A stretch of 64,000 nt of DNA from an uncultured virus (IMG/VR IMGVR_UViG_2888703769_000002) (taxonomy: Duplodnaviria > Heunggongvirae > Uroviricota > Caudoviricetes). The DNA is taken from the IMG/VR virus record IMGVR_UViG_2888703769_000002; one strand, given 5' to 3'. Shown here piece after piece: positions 37,346 to 48,045 of the stretch. The first letter of the stretch is position 1, and every line of letters begins with the position of its first letter. The notes below the pieces were generated by a model, which saw only the letters and a list, made by a program, of their open reading frames with translations, searched no databases and was not told the origin of the DNA. The translations under genes and the position numbers were made by a program.

Positions 37346-37909
37346 TTATATCCGCTCCTTCCCCGTCGGTTCTCCGAAATATTCCGGATGTGGACTGCCG
37401 ACTCCACTACTCCCGAAGCCGCCCGCACCACGATCGCTATCGCCGAGAGCCTCGACCTCCGTAAACACCGCCCGTTCGACCGGCTTGATAACGGCTTGCG
37501 CGATACGATCGCCTTTGCGGATGAGATAAGTCTTTACGTTAAACATCCCGTCAGTTGGAACGAGGCCGCCGTCAATAGTGTCGAAGGACTCTCTAAACAA
37601 TTCTGCGCCTGAACTATTTCGATACTCAGCAATATTATCGACAATCACTCCGACTTCTCCCGTATACCCGCAATCTACAGTACCGAGCTGCACACGTAGT
37701 TTAGTCTTTAACGTAATGCCGGATCGCGGCCGGATCTGCATTTCAAAACCTTCCGGAATCTCGAACGCCAAGCCCGTCGGCACACACGCGGTAGCGCCCG
37801 GTTCGATAATTACGTCGGCCGCCGCGACTAGATCGAAGCCCGCGTCCGTTGCGTGTGCGTAGGTTGGCGTTTGAGCGTCCGGCGATAAGCGTTTTATATT
37901 TACGTTCAT
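37346..37909 (-). CDS. dut: Trimeric dUTPase
   Basis: AGFDL, RPRSG, GTVDCGYTGE, RIAQ, RGAGGFGSSG; start at 37909 with RBS. Confidence 0.95.
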   Translation of the reverse strand: MNVNIKRLSPDAQTPTYAHATDAGFDLVAAADVIIEPGATACVPTGLAFEIPEGFEMQIRPRSGITLKTKLRVQLGTVDCGYTGEVGVIVDNIAEYRNSSGAELFRESFDTIDGGLVPTDGMFNVKTYLIRKGDRIAQAVIKPVERAVFTEVEALGDSDRGAGGFGSSGVGSPHPEYFGEPTGKERI

Positions 37910-38052
37910 TTCGTTTCCTCCTTCGTTAATATCGCAATCAAGGCGAACACGGCTACTATCGAAAACCACCGGAATCCTATCGTATGGATGTACGGCAGAA
38001 CGAAAAGCAGTCCGGCGATGATCGTTGCCGTAGCGCTGATAAATCGTTTCAT
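37906..38052 (-). CDS. Small two-TM membrane protein (48 aa)
   Basis: GAGGAGG RBS; ATGA overlap with dut. Confidence 0.6.
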   Translation of the reverse strand: MKRFISATATIIAGLLFVLPYIHTIGFRWFSIVAVFALIAILTKEETK

Positions 38053-38067
38053 AGGCGATGACCTCCT

Positions 38068-38107
38068 CACTTATATAACGGGTAGGTAATCGCCACTTTT
38101 GCGACAT
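38068..38107 (-). promoter_or_regulatory. Putative phage-specific promoter, copy 2
   Basis: ATGTCGCAAAA-N10-CCTACCCGTTATATAAGTG, same blocks and spacing as 52485..52524. Confidence 0.65.
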
Positions 38108-38205
38108 CACAGGATAATTTCCTTTCGTATATAACTGCGCATTCCCTTTCGCCTTGGCACAGCGTCTTCATAAATAGATGCGTATCTATTCCGAAAAATG
38201 GACGC

Positions 38206-39189
38206 TTATTCGCCGAAATAAAAATCCGAATCTTTGAGCGCCTCGACCGTCGCCTTCTTATAGCCGTTGCCTTTTTGCGAGAAGAAGTCGTGCGATTTCG
38301 TCTTCGTATTCAGTCCGTTCATGACGATAGGATTCGGCCTTTCCTCTTCGAAATACGGATCGAAGCCGAGGTTTTGTAGCGCCTTATTCGCGTTGTAACG
38401 AAGGAATCGTTTTACATCGTGCGTTAAGCCGACCGCATCGTATAGGTCCTCGGTATATGCGACTTCATTATCGTACAGCTCCGTCAGTAGCTCGACGGCA
38501 AAGTCGCGCATCTCTAGTTGAACGTCCGGATCTTGCTTTCCGTAAATCTCTTGCGCCAATAAGCCGACGTACACGCCATGGATCGCTTCATCGCGAATAA
38601 TAAGGTTAATGATCTCGCCGCTGCTCGTGAGCTTGCCTTGGCCGGCGAAATATAACGGATAATAAAAGCCGGAATAAAACAGGAAGCTTTCGAGGTAAAC
38701 CGAAGCCACAAGCGCCTTATATAGCGAAATGGCATCGCCTTCTTTTATGTCGCGATATAAGCCGGTTATCAGAGCCGCCTTCCGTTGCAAATACGGATTC
38801 GTCTTAACCCATTCGAAAACTTCGTTAATTGTTTCGGTAGGCGCGAGCGTCATGAATATATTCGAATAGGACTTCGCATGGACTGCGTTTTCCATCATCG
38901 CCATGAAATTAAGGACGGCTTTGCGTTGGTGGCCGGCGATATGTTTCGCGATGATAGGCATTCCGGTGTTTCCCTGCTCCGTGTCTAATAGCGTCAGCCC
39001 GGCGAGGCCCCGCATGTAGGTCGTCTGCTCGGCCGGGCCCAACGCCTTCCACGAAAGGAGATCGCCATTTAGCGAAATCTCCTCCGGGAGCCAAAACTGC
39101 TTAACGTTCTGCGCGTAGAACATTTGCGTAAAGTCGTCTTCGTGGCGCGACCAGTCGGCCGCCGTATGGATTGCGTTTGCGTTCGTCAA
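38206..39189 (-). CDS. nrdF: Class Ib ribonucleotide reductase beta subunit
   Basis: [35 protein letters not shown]. Confidence 0.96.
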   Translation of the reverse strand: MTNANAIHTAADWSRHEDDFTQMFYAQNVKQFWLPEEISLNGDLLSWKALGPAEQTTYMRGLAGLTLLDTEQGNTGMPIIAKHIAGHQRKAVLNFMAMMENAVHAKSYSNIFMTLAPTETINEVFEWVKTNPYLQRKAALITGLYRDIKEGDAISLYKALVASVYLESFLFYSGFYYPLYFAGQGKLTSSGEIINLIIRDEAIHGVYVGLLAQEIYGKQDPDVQLEMRDFAVELLTELYDNEVAYTEDLYDAVGLTHDVKRFLRYNANKALQNLGFDPYFEEERPNPIVMNGLNTKTKSHDFFSQKGNGYKKATVEALKDSDFYFGE

Positions 39190-39305
39190 TTATTCGTCCT
39201 CCTTTTCTTTGTTTCGGATATATTCTTTTTGCCAATCGAGAAGCTGAAGACCTAAATACCGTTCAATAAAATCGACCATTTTCACTCGGATGACTCCCCT
39301 TTCGT

Positions 39306-40619
39306 TTAAACTACGCAACTCAAACACGAATCCTGTCCAGTGTCTTTTGTTCGCGCGTAGTACAGCGTTTTGATGCCGCGATGGTGTGCGTATAAGTCAA
39401 TCCGGTTCAGATCGCGCGTCGTCATCGTATCTTTCAAGAACAGCGTAAACGAAATACCTTGGTCGACGTGCTGCTGAATCGTTGCGATCATATCGACGAC
39501 TTTAAACATATCCATGTCGTACGCTTCCTTGTAGAAAAACCAATTCTGCGGTGATAACCCCGGCATAGGATAATACGTTTTCGAATTTCCGTACGTACGC
39601 TCCTCGATGCGCTCCATAATCGGCATGACTGACGCCGTAGCCGACTGCACGTACGAAATAGATCCCGTCGGTGCGATCGCAAGTCTATACGAATGATAGA
39701 GTCCGTGGAGCATAACGTTAACCTCCAAGCGAACCCAATCGATGCGCTTCGGAATTTCAACGCCTTCAAACAGCTTCGCGACCTTCTCCGTTTTAGGACG
39801 GAAGTCCTCTGCGATGTACTTATCGAAGTAGCTGCCGTCTGCATACGTTGATCCTTCGAATCCCTCGAACGTGCTTCCGGTTTCCTTCGCAAGCTCCATT
39901 GACCGCACCAGCGACCAATAATTGACGAGCGCAAAGAATACGTTAGCAAAGTCGCGCGCTTCCTCCGATTCATAAGCGATACCATTTTGCGCTAAATAGC
40001 CGTGCAGATTCATCGCGCCGAGTCCGATCGACCGCATCTCCCGGTTAGCTCGCGCAACAGCAGGCGCATTCTTGATATTCGAAGTTTCCGAGACTCGCGT
40101 TAGAGCATCAACGGACAGCTTAACGATCGTTTCGAAGTCTCCGTTTTTCATTACGTTCGCAACGTTGAGCGAGCCGAGGTTGCATGAAATATCGAGGCCG
40201 ATTTCGTCTTCTTCGCCGTAGTCGGTGTATTCCGATACTTGCGACGCCTGAAGCACCTCCGAACACAGATTCGAAAACTTAACCTTCGACACGTGACCGT
40301 TCGCGTGCTCTGCGTTTACGTTGCCTTCGAACATGATATACGGATAGCCCGATTCAGAACGCAACACGGCGAGCTTTTCGAGTAGCTTACGAGCGTCGAT
40401 CTTGTCTTTACGGACGGCCGGATTATCGACGAGCTGATCGTACATCTCTTCGATATCCATTTCGTCTAAGTGTTGGCCATACGCTTTGTAAACGGTGTGC
40501 GGATAGAAAACGTATGCCGGACGATTCTCGCGCGCCAGTTCGATGAATTTATCCGGGATGACAACGCCGATGGATAACGTTTTGACTCGGACGTCTTCAT
40601 CTGCCGAGATTTTTTTGGT
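39306..40619 (-). CDS. nrdE: Class Ib ribonucleotide reductase alpha subunit, exon 2
   Basis: TKKISADED..., SNLCSE, APTGS, KTLYY, C-terminal CLSC. Confidence 0.95.
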   Translation of the reverse strand, partial: TKKISADEDVRVKTLSIGVVIPDKFIELARENRPAYVFYPHTVYKAYGQHLDEMDIEEMYDQLVDNPAVRKDKIDARKLLEKLAVLRSESGYPYIMFEGNVNAEHANGHVSKVKFSNLCSEVLQASQVSEYTDYGEEDEIGLDISCNLGSLNVANVMKNGDFETIVKLSVDALTRVSETSNIKNAPAVARANREMRSIGLGAMNLHGYLAQNGIAYESEEARDFANVFFALVNYWSLVRSMELAKETGSTFEGFEGSTYADGSYFDKYIAEDFRPKTEKVAKLFEGVEIPKRIDWVRLEVNVMLHGLYHSYRLAIAPTGSISYVQSATASVMPIMERIEERTYGNSKTYYPMPGLSPQNWFFYKEAYDMDMFKVVDMIATIQQHVDQGISFTLFLKDTMTTRDLNRIDLYAHHRGIKTLYYARTKDTGQDSCLSCVV

Positions 40620-41569
40620 CAGTTACCCCTGTATTTCTACAAGGACTGGACTATATCTTCGTCTACGTGAGACGCCTTGCGCTTCAACCGGTGCTAATCT
40701 CCGGCTTACTATTAGTCTCTACACCTTCCGAGCACCTATAATAGTTTTCGAATCTTGGGTTGTTCACGCGACTTGTTATAGTCGTTCGGCTTATTCCTAA
40801 CTGCCGGCTAGCCTCTGACATTGAGTAATAAAAAACACCGTCTATATAAATTCCTGCTTTATTACCGTTGTTCAAACGTAGCTTTAAGCGCTCATCATCT
40901 GATTTTTTCCGCCCCTTGTGCGCCTCTGACATTTTTAGTCTCGTTTCTTTCGTGTGCTTTCGCCCATCAAAGCGTTTAGTTATTTTACTGCGCATCTTCT
41001 CCATGTGCTCCGCGTTGTTATACCATGGATTGTTTTCTCCTGAATTTATTTCAGATAGTTTTTTCTTTACACCCTCGCTATGCGTTCGGCCAAACATGGG
41101 ATTCTTATCACCTTCATAAGACATACCAAATGCATTGCAATATAAGTTGTATCTTAGAGATTCGTCGGACCTGTCTATCCAATATTGCTCTGCTTCAAAC
41201 AATTCATGGCGATCAATTTCCTCGAAGCTCTGTAGTACTTCAAACTCAAAAGCTTTTTCTCCGAACGAATTATATTCCTCTTGCAGAGGGCGGTTGTGGT
41301 GTACGCCTCTTCTGAGTAAGTTAAAATGATCCCTCTTTCTTTTGTCAGAATCGGAACTACTTCCGATATAAACCTTTCCATTCTTTACGTTCGTGATTTT
41401 ATAAACAGCCTTCACTTTTTTCACCTCCTTTAGTGCTCGGCTTGGCACGGGATTGCCACCACCTTTACGTGCTGAGGTTCCCCCGTTAGCCCTCTAATGA
41501 GGACACCGCTTTTGCATGCGTTCACAAGGTTTTCACTACCCAATCGCTTGGATAGGCGACTACCATTTA
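40620..41569 (-). mobile_element. Group I intron (950 nt) in nrdE carrying a homing endonuclease
   Basis: Exon ends in U, intron ends in G; IGS GUCG pairs with CGAU; GUAGAGACUA and AAGAUAUAGUCC core; splicing gives DFLD|TKKI. Confidence 0.95.
40684..41415 (-). CDS. Intron-encoded GIY-YIG homing endonuclease with NUMOD repeats
   Basis: AVYKITN...VYIGSS; NPMFGRTHS, RKHTKETRLKMS; AAGGAGGTG RBS. Confidence 0.93.
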   Translation of the reverse strand: MKAVYKITNVKNGKVYIGSSSDSDKRKRDHFNLLRRGVHHNRPLQEEYNSFGEKAFEFEVLQSFEEIDRHELFEAEQYWIDRSDESLRYNLYCNAFGMSYEGDKNPMFGRTHSEGVKKKLSEINSGENNPWYNNAEHMEKMRSKITKRFDGRKHTKETRLKMSEAHKGRKKSDDERLKLRLNNGNKAGIYIDGVFYYSMSEASRQLGISRTTITSRVNNPRFENYYRCSEGVETNSKPEISTG

Positions 41570-42361
41570 ATCGAGAAAATCGTTAATGTCCGCATGGAAT
41601 ACGTTAAGGTACGCTGCGCCGGAGCCCTGCCGCTGACCCATCTGATCTGCGTAACGGAACGCATTATCGAGCAGCTTCATAACGCCGACTACGCCCTTCG
41701 TCGCGTTCTCTACGTCTTTGATCGCCTCGCCTTTCGCACGCAGCTTCGATAAATTAAGCGACACGCCGCCGCCAAGCTTCGAAAGCTGCATCGAAATATC
41801 AATTGCGCGACTGATATCGTTCAGAGAGTCGCCCACTTCGAGCAGGAAACACGAAACTAATTCGCCCCGACGCTTCCGGCCCGCATTCAAGAACGTCGGG
41901 GTTGACGGCTGGTATTCTTGCCGCATCATCAAATCTACGTACTCGATCGCCTTGGCTACGTCCCCTCCTCCGAAGAATAACGCGACAATAGAAACACGGT
42001 CTTCGTAGCGTTCGAGGATCTTTTTGCCATCGTTCGTCTTCAGCGCATAGTCGTTGTAGAATTTGAACGCACTCATAAACGATGGGAATCGGAATTTGTG
42101 CGCATAGGCCGCCTGATAGACCGCCTTGATTTCATCGAACGTATAGGCGTCGAGAAATTCGGTTTCGTAGTAATCGTTATCGCGTAGGTAGTCGAGCTTT
42201 TCGCGAAGGTCGTGGAAAAATACGGTGTTTTGATTTACGTAGTCGATAAAATAAGCGCGGACGGCTTCGATATCCTTTTCGAATTGGAACCGGCCGTCCT
42301 TCTGTATCATAATTTCGTTATTAAGTTCGATATAGCTTGCATGTTTATTCGTCAAGCGCAT
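41570..42361 (-). CDS. nrdE: Class Ib ribonucleotide reductase alpha subunit, exon 1
   Basis: PSTPTFLNAG, VSCFL, GGGVSL, GQRQGSGAAYL. Confidence 0.95.
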
Positions 42362-42701
42362 TCACCCTCTCGATAAATTGTCGTACATCTGCGTCCGTGC
42401 CCGCCAATTCAAAGCGTCCGACTATCGGCACGCCGTATTGTGCCGCGATTATATCCGCCGCCTTTGCGTAATTATCCGCCCATATACGATTACCCGACGC
42501 AGCCACGCCCGCAAGATAGTCGCTGTTATCCGCAAGGAAGTCCGAAACCGTGCCGGCAACCTGACCGAAGCCATACGTACCAGTCACGCATACGAACGGC
42601 TCGGCGAGCATCAGGCCCGGCTTAATTTCGACGGTTGCTAGGCCGGTCTTAGCGACAAATCTGCGGACGTTTCCGGTCAGCGAGTAATAGGCGATTAGCA
42701 T
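42345..42701 (-). CDS. nrdI: Flavodoxin-like NrdI
   Basis: YYSLTGNVRRF, TYGFG, SGNRIW, FELAGT. Confidence 0.93.
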   Translation of the reverse strand: MLIAYYSLTGNVRRFVAKTGLATVEIKPGLMLAEPFVCVTGTYGFGQVAGTVSDFLADNSDYLAGVAASGNRIWADNYAKAADIIAAQYGVPIVGRFELAGTDADVRQFIERVNALDE

Positions 42702-42705
42702 ACGC

Positions 42706-42891
42706 TCACCCCTTCCGTCTCTCAATTTCCGCCTCCAGCGCCACTATATTCGCAAGCCGACGATCTCTTTCGATCCGCAGTTCGATAAGCTGCCGTTCGT
42801 GACGACTAATCGCGTAATCATCTTCGGCAAGTCCTTCGCGATGTATCCGTAACATCTGCTGTAGTTGCGCGTCCGTCGCTGAGCCCATCAT
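42706..42891 (-). CDS. Hypothetical coiled-coil protein
   Basis: Coupled ORF in operon. Confidence 0.6.
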   Translation of the reverse strand: MMGSATDAQLQQMLRIHREGLAEDDYAISRHERQLIELRIERDRRLANIVALEAEIERRKG

Positions 42892-43133
42892 TCGGCCGTC
42901 TCCTCCGTTTCTCGATCGCGTTTATGCGCGCGGTAGGGTTCGACGATCAGCCACAGAATAAAACGGACGATTCCGTAAAGCCCGACGAGAAGCAGGCCGA
43001 ATACGAGTGCAATCGCAAGGATCGCTTTTGCTACGGGAAACGCTAACGCCCATCTCATAAAGGTGCCGAACAGAAGGAACATTGCGCCTATAATCATCCA
43101 CGAAAGCGTTTCGATTAATCTCCGCTTAAACAT
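42888..43133 (-). CDS. Hypothetical membrane protein
   Basis: Two hydrophobic segments. Confidence 0.7.
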   Translation of the reverse strand: MFKRRLIETLSWMIIGAMFLLFGTFMRWALAFPVAKAILAIALVFGLLLVGLYGIVRFILWLIVEPYRAHKRDRETEETAE

Positions 43134-43137
43134 CCGA

Positions 43138-43500
43138 TCACTTCCCTCCTATCGTGTCGAGGATTTCTTTGATCGCGTAGTATTCCGGATTGACTAGCGC
43201 CGTGATTCCGTCAGCTACCGATGCAATCCCTCCGAATACTGGTAAAACGATAAATACCAAGCAAAAGATGATTAGAACGAATAGGTCTACGCCATCCATC
43301 CCGTGAGTTTTCAGGCGCTTCTTTACGAATCTCACAGTATAGGCCGATAGCAGAATAGCTGCGGCGATCACTAAGGCACCTATGAGGACGTTAGCCACAC
43401 CGTTAGCAATCGCTTGTTTAACGAGCACTCCATAAATATGTTCAGCCGCAACCCCGGGCTTTGCTGCCAGCTTATCAATATACTCTATCGCTTTACCCAT
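43138..43500 (-). CDS. Conserved phage membrane protein
   Basis: GVAAEHIYGVLVKQ...NPEYYAIKEIL family. Confidence 0.75.
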   Translation of the reverse strand: MGKAIEYIDKLAAKPGVAAEHIYGVLVKQAIANGVANVLIGALVIAAAILLSAYTVRFVKKRLKTHGMDGVDLFVLIIFCLVFIVLPVFGGIASVADGITALVNPEYYAIKEILDTIGGK

Positions 43501-44064
43501 TTATTCGCCCTCCTTCGGTTTATCTATTTCGCCCACATGAATTAGCCACGCAAGCCCGATCGCTGCCGCATCGCTCTCATCGAAATTAGCGAATTCTCCC
43601 GTATATCCGGTCATACGCCGTACCGCCGTCTTTACTGCGTCCTTTTCTGCGCTACCTGATCCGGCAACCAACGCCTTAACGCGTGTTGCTGAGATACCGA
43701 GCTGTGGCTGCTTTGCGTTCGGTGTCTTCCAATATTTATCGAATGTCAGTTCGAAGCGCGACGTCGCCCGTTCACACGCGTTCCATGCCGCCAGCACCGG
43801 ATAGTTCGAGGTCGACGTTTTTCCTGCGAAGTCCTCCCGCACCACATAGTCGAAGCCATCTCGCGGATAGTTTTTGTCGAGAAACATCATCGCCCACCCT
43901 TCGATAACCTCCGCCCTGTGCGCATGCGATCGGCTAGAATTCGGCTTCACGTGTGACAGCGCTTTGATCGTAGGCTTTCGATTGCGTACCTCGATTACCG
44001 CGACGCCGGGGCAGGTCATCGACGTATCGAACGCGAGGCATCGGATAGGCTTGGCGCTAGTCAT
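43501..44064 (-). CDS. RuvC-like Holliday junction resolvase
   Basis: LAFDTS...G, VVRED, GSAEK, DESDAAAIG. Confidence 0.85.
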   Translation of the reverse strand: MTSAKPIRCLAFDTSMTCPGVAVIEVRNRKPTIKALSHVKPNSSRSHAHRAEVIEGWAMMFLDKNYPRDGFDYVVREDFAGKTSTSNYPVLAAWNACERATSRFELTFDKYWKTPNAKQPQLGISATRVKALVAGSGSAEKDAVKTAVRRMTGYTGEFANFDESDAAAIGLAWLIHVGEIDKPKEGE

Positions 44065-44375
44065 CGGAGCTCCTTTTCGTCATATTCATCGAAAGTTATT
44101 TTCGCGTGACACGCCTGCATTTTCCCGCCTTTAAAGTATTTACGCCACATATCGCCGTTATCTTCGCCTTCCCCTGTAAGCGTGATGAGCACGTCAGGGA
44201 ATTGACGGGATACTTCTCGCACGTCTTCTTCGTGTCCGTACCATTTCATCTCGTAGGCCCATCCATTGAAAACCGCGGTCAAGCATCCGTTTTCGTCATG
44301 ATTTTCGTTGACATATTCGCGAACTAATTCCGCATCCTTATCCATCTCGACTTCATATTGTGTAATGTAACCCAT
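44061..44375 (-). CDS. Hypothetical phage protein
   Basis: KWYGHEED...SRQFPDVLITLTGEGE family. Confidence 0.75.
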   Translation of the reverse strand: MGYITQYEVEMDKDAELVREYVNENHDENGCLTAVFNGWAYEMKWYGHEEDVREVSRQFPDVLITLTGEGEDNGDMWRKYFKGGKMQACHAKITFDEYDEKELR

Positions 44376-45433
44376 CAGACCGCCTCCCCTTTGCGTACTT
44401 TTTCGATAAACTCAAGCGCCCCGGCGTACTGCCTTTTCGTAGAATCAAAGACGTTTGACCGTTTGACTCGCGAAACCTTATCGCGGATGGCTTCCAGCTC
44501 GGCCGCCGTAAGTGATTGCGCTATGGCCGTTTTATATCCGTTGAATGCCCAGCCGTTAAGGTCGACCGCCATTGGCTTTCCGTCGTCAATCGAATTCTGA
44601 ATTTCTACGAATCTATCGAGTAGCACATCGATGTCTTCGCGTCCGATTTCGAGGCCGAACGCCTGGATATCCGGCGACTTTTCGAATTCTCCTTCTTCGT
44701 ACTCCCACGCCTTCTTAGACGCGTTTACGTAGAGGATTACGTATAAGTCGACGCCATACATTTCCGCATAAGCGACGCACTGCTTAACGTGCTTTTCGTC
44801 CGGCTTCTTCAGCGAATAGAAAGACGTACGGGCTGCGCTCGTTTGCTTCGACTTGATTTCGAGGCCCACGCGTAATACTTCGCCATCTTCGGTGACATAG
44901 CGCATGATGCCGTCGCACGTCCCGAAGAGATGAAACGTCTTGCCGCCGCGCTCGATCTTGTGGTTCAGCTTGGCGAAGTCCTCGAACATCGGCGTACCGT
45001 CCGGATTACGTTCGAAGCTGAACGGACAGGGCCGACCGACTTTCTTTTCGAAATGTTTTTCCATAAAGAGCAAATCGCGCTGAATCATATCACCGATTGC
45101 CGTTCCGATGCGGGTCCAGCGTCCCTGATACGGAGGCTTGCGAGTTACGTCCCGCGGATCGCCTAGCGCCTTATGATAAAGTTCACGCGGGCAGGCATTC
45201 GCAGATGACGGCGAGAAATACGGCTTCTTCGGAAATACTTTCGGAGCATCTGCGTACCATCGGTGGATCTGCGCGTCCAGTGCGTTATCCCACGTTTCCG
45301 GCAGCGAGTGCCATTCGTTTAGATATTCGATGAGTTCATCCGCAATCTGCTGCGCATAGCCGGTCGGTTCGGGCGTCGGCGCTAATTGGGCGCGCAGTGA
45401 GTTTGCGGCTGATCGTGCGTTTGCGTTCGTCAA
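44375..45433 (-). CDS. PD-(D/E)XK (Cas4/RecB-like) exonuclease
   Basis: SPSSANACPR, GTCDG, LEIKS, QCVAY; TTG start at 45433. Confidence 0.8.
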   Translation of the reverse strand: MTNANARSAANSLRAQLAPTPEPTGYAQQIADELIEYLNEWHSLPETWDNALDAQIHRWYADAPKVFPKKPYFSPSSANACPRELYHKALGDPRDVTRKPPYQGRWTRIGTAIGDMIQRDLLFMEKHFEKKVGRPCPFSFERNPDGTPMFEDFAKLNHKIERGGKTFHLFGTCDGIMRYVTEDGEVLRVGLEIKSKQTSAARTSFYSLKKPDEKHVKQCVAYAEMYGVDLYVILYVNASKKAWEYEEGEFEKSPDIQAFGLEIGREDIDVLLDRFVEIQNSIDDGKPMAVDLNGWAFNGYKTAIAQSLTAAELEAIRDKVSRVKRSNVFDSTKRQYAGALEFIEKVRKGEAV

Positions 45434-45725
45434 ACTGCCACCCACTTCGTTACTACGACTTCTCGTTTTTCTACCTCGGTAATTTCGGCCGGATCGCCGC
45501 TCCGTAAATTGCGCTGTCATACGTCCAGTCAGTCCATTCAGATCCGGATCTGCCAATTTCTCCGCGATAATGTTTATTTCCATCGGTGAAAATAACGGTT
45601 TTTCTTTGGTGCTTGTGTCCGTGCTCCCACTCGCTTTCCTCTACGACTGTATAGGTCACATCGTCGATATCAATTCCGCCCTCAAACGCCATATCTTCCA
45701 GTTGTTCAATCGTCAATTTAACCAA
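45430..45725 (-). pseudogene. Hypothetical gene with a probable frameshift near 45500
   Basis: An alternative frame gives DPAEITEVEKREVVVTKWVAV*, whose stop overlaps the next start codon. Confidence 0.5.
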
Positions 45726-48011
45726 TTAAACCGCCTCCTTATTTTTAAACCATTCTTCTACGGGCACGCCTTCGCCCCATTTGCGCATGACTTCGATATC
45801 CGTACCGTTTGGCACAACGTCTCCCCAACGGTACGAGTTAAGCATGATATCGCGAATTTCTTGCGCTTCTTCCCACGTAAAATCTTCCGGAACTTCGAAA
45901 ATGAGTTCGTCATGCACCGTTGACCACAGCGCCCATCCCGGTTTGTTAGCGCAATATTCGTGCGCTTTAATCATCGTGACTTTCGTTTGAATAGACGACG
46001 ACCCTTGTACGCGAGCATTTGTCGCTTGACGCAAAGCGCGATTAATTCGTGAATTATGTTTCCTTGCGTCATCGTATTTCGGATCATTCCATTTTCCGTA
46101 CGGAATGTTTTTGCGTGGGAGTTTAGCGTCTGGTAGCCGGCGTTTTCGCGCATTCAGATCAGCCCAAACGTATCCGTTTTTTCGCACAAATTCTTCGTTC
46201 TCTTTTAACCACGCCGACAGCTTCGGCATACTTCCGAACAACTCTTCCTTAAACTCGGTCGCCTCTTTTTTACCCACGCCTAACATATCCGCAAGAGAAT
46301 AATCACTCATTCCGTACAGTGTAGCTAACCAAGCGACCTTCATCTTCTTTCGCTCTTTTGTATCGGAACCATCAGCGTTCTTATAAACTTCCTCGTGCGG
46401 TCGTTTGTAGAAGTTCGATGCCATCGTTGCGTATGGATCGCGTTCTTCTAAAAACGCATTAATCAGTACTGGTTCGCCTGATAAGTACGCCACACACCTG
46501 ATTTCCTGCGCTTTAAAGTCGGCGCCTACTAGCAGCTTTCCGGGAGGAGGACCGAACATCGGACGTGCTTCCGGGGGCTGATTCTGCACGTTAAACCCTT
46601 GCTGCGTTTTATCCTCTTCGTCCTTTCCGGAGCTGAATCGGCCCGTCACGGTTCCCATCGGATTGAATCGCGAATGCCAACGCTCAGTTGTTGGGTTTTG
46701 CTTTGTCGGCAGCGTGTCGATATACGTACCGCTTAGCTTAACGATATTTTTATACTCGAGAAGTTTCGCTATTATTTCATAATCGTCTTTCAATGGCTTG
46801 AGCGTTTTCTTAGCGTCCATATTCGAAAGATCCTTGCCGATTGCCTTCGAAAGTGCGGGCCGCATCTGATGGGTCGAGTTTAGATTTATCGGTTCGTCTC
46901 CTTCATGGAACGGCGTCAACTCTGCGACTAATTCCTTACGCAACTCTTCCGCGCGCTTATGAAGCTTTTCTCCGTATTCTTTCGCAAAATCCAAGTCGAG
47001 AATATAGCCATTAGCTTCTAAGTCGACGATTACGTACAGTAACGGAATTTCAACGGTTTGATAATAGTCCAAAATCGTCGGTATTTTCGCCATGTGATAA
47101 CGCTGAAATTCGTACAGCTTCCACGTTAATTCCGTATCCTTCGCGGCGTAAACTAGCGCTATGTCTAACGGAACTTCTTTAAATTGCGCATTCCTGCCGA
47201 ACAAAGCATCGAAAGTGTCTGCCGGTGTTTTTAAATATTTAGGCGCTAAGTCTTTGAGCTTGAACGAACCGGCTCCACCTAATGCCCGGTCACTCTCGTT
47301 TTCGTTCAGAAGGTGCATCGCGGTCATCGTATCCCAAGCGACGCCTTTCAAATCGAATCCGTGCCGCCTAAGCATCGCAATATCGAATATCGCGTTGTGT
47401 AAAACCTTGCCGATTGATTCGTCGTTAAATACAGGCGCCAGACCTTCGAGTACATATGCGCGACTTAACTGCTCGCAATCAACGTGCTCCACCGGTATAT
47501 AAACGTGCCAGTCAGCGTTTGGCAATGTTAGCGAAAGCCCAACGATTACGTCCGTATAAACATCTACGCCAGTCGTCTCGGTATCAACTGCGATAATTTC
47601 TTCGTTATTTAATGCATCGATCAGCGCCTGAAATCGTTCCTCAGTCGTAATTAATTCGTAATTATTCGGCGTATTCTCGACCATCTGCCGCAAGGTTTCT
47701 TCGCGCTGCGCCTCCTGAAGCGTCTTCCATAACCGGAGCGCCTCCGCCTTGCTGAACGCTTTAGGGTTGCCGGCCTTATTAACGCAGTCAGCCGGATCAC
47801 GCGCCAGCTTGCCCGCATCCATGGCCGCCTTGACTTCCGTTACCCTTTTGCGATCGGCATCCGATAGCTTCATCGCGAATATCTTGCGCCAGCTTTCCTC
47901 AATCGGCTCGGCGGTTTTGGCTTTCGCCTTCCGCTTGGCCGTCGCCTCTACTGCGTCAGATTTCGGCGCCGCCGGCTTCAGCGCGTTCAAGTTTAACCGT
48001 AAGCCTTCCAT
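45726..48011 (-). CDS. Family A DNA polymerase with 3'-5' exonuclease
   Basis: AVDTETTG, HNAIFD, YAAKD, TGRFSS, ADFKAQEIR, K...LYG, VHDE. Confidence 0.96.
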   Translation of the reverse strand: MEGLRLNLNALKPAAPKSDAVEATAKRKAKAKTAEPIEESWRKIFAMKLSDADRKRVTEVKAAMDAGKLARDPADCVNKAGNPKAFSKAEALRLWKTLQEAQREETLRQMVENTPNNYELITTEERFQALIDALNNEEIIAVDTETTGVDVYTDVIVGLSLTLPNADWHVYIPVEHVDCEQLSRAYVLEGLAPVFNDESIGKVLHNAIFDIAMLRRHGFDLKGVAWDTMTAMHLLNENESDRALGGAGSFKLKDLAPKYLKTPADTFDALFGRNAQFKEVPLDIALVYAAKDTELTWKLYEFQRYHMAKIPTILDYYQTVEIPLLYVIVDLEANGYILDLDFAKEYGEKLHKRAEELRKELVAELTPFHEGDEPINLNSTHQMRPALSKAIGKDLSNMDAKKTLKPLKDDYEIIAKLLEYKNIVKLSGTYIDTLPTKQNPTTERWHSRFNPMGTVTGRFSSGKDEEDKTQQGFNVQNQPPEARPMFGPPPGKLLVGADFKAQEIRCVAYLSGEPVLINAFLEERDPYATMASNFYKRPHEEVYKNADGSDTKERKKMKVAWLATLYGMSDYSLADMLGVGKKEATEFKEELFGSMPKLSAWLKENEEFVRKNGYVWADLNARKRRLPDAKLPRKNIPYGKWNDPKYDDARKHNSRINRALRQATNARVQGSSSIQTKVTMIKAHEYCANKPGWALWSTVHDELIFEVPEDFTWEEAQEIRDIMLNSYRWGDVVPNGTDIEVMRKWGEGVPVEEWFKNKEAV

Positions 48012-48045
48012 CCGTCGTCCTCCTTCCTCGCGAAGTAATTGCGGG

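Noticed and set aside
37910..38110. N-terminal extension of dUTPase
   Set aside because: Occupied by a promoter-like motif and a small membrane ORF in another frame
44375..45433. Cas4 of a CRISPR system
   Set aside because: No repeat-spacer array or other cas genes seen; typical phage exonuclease context
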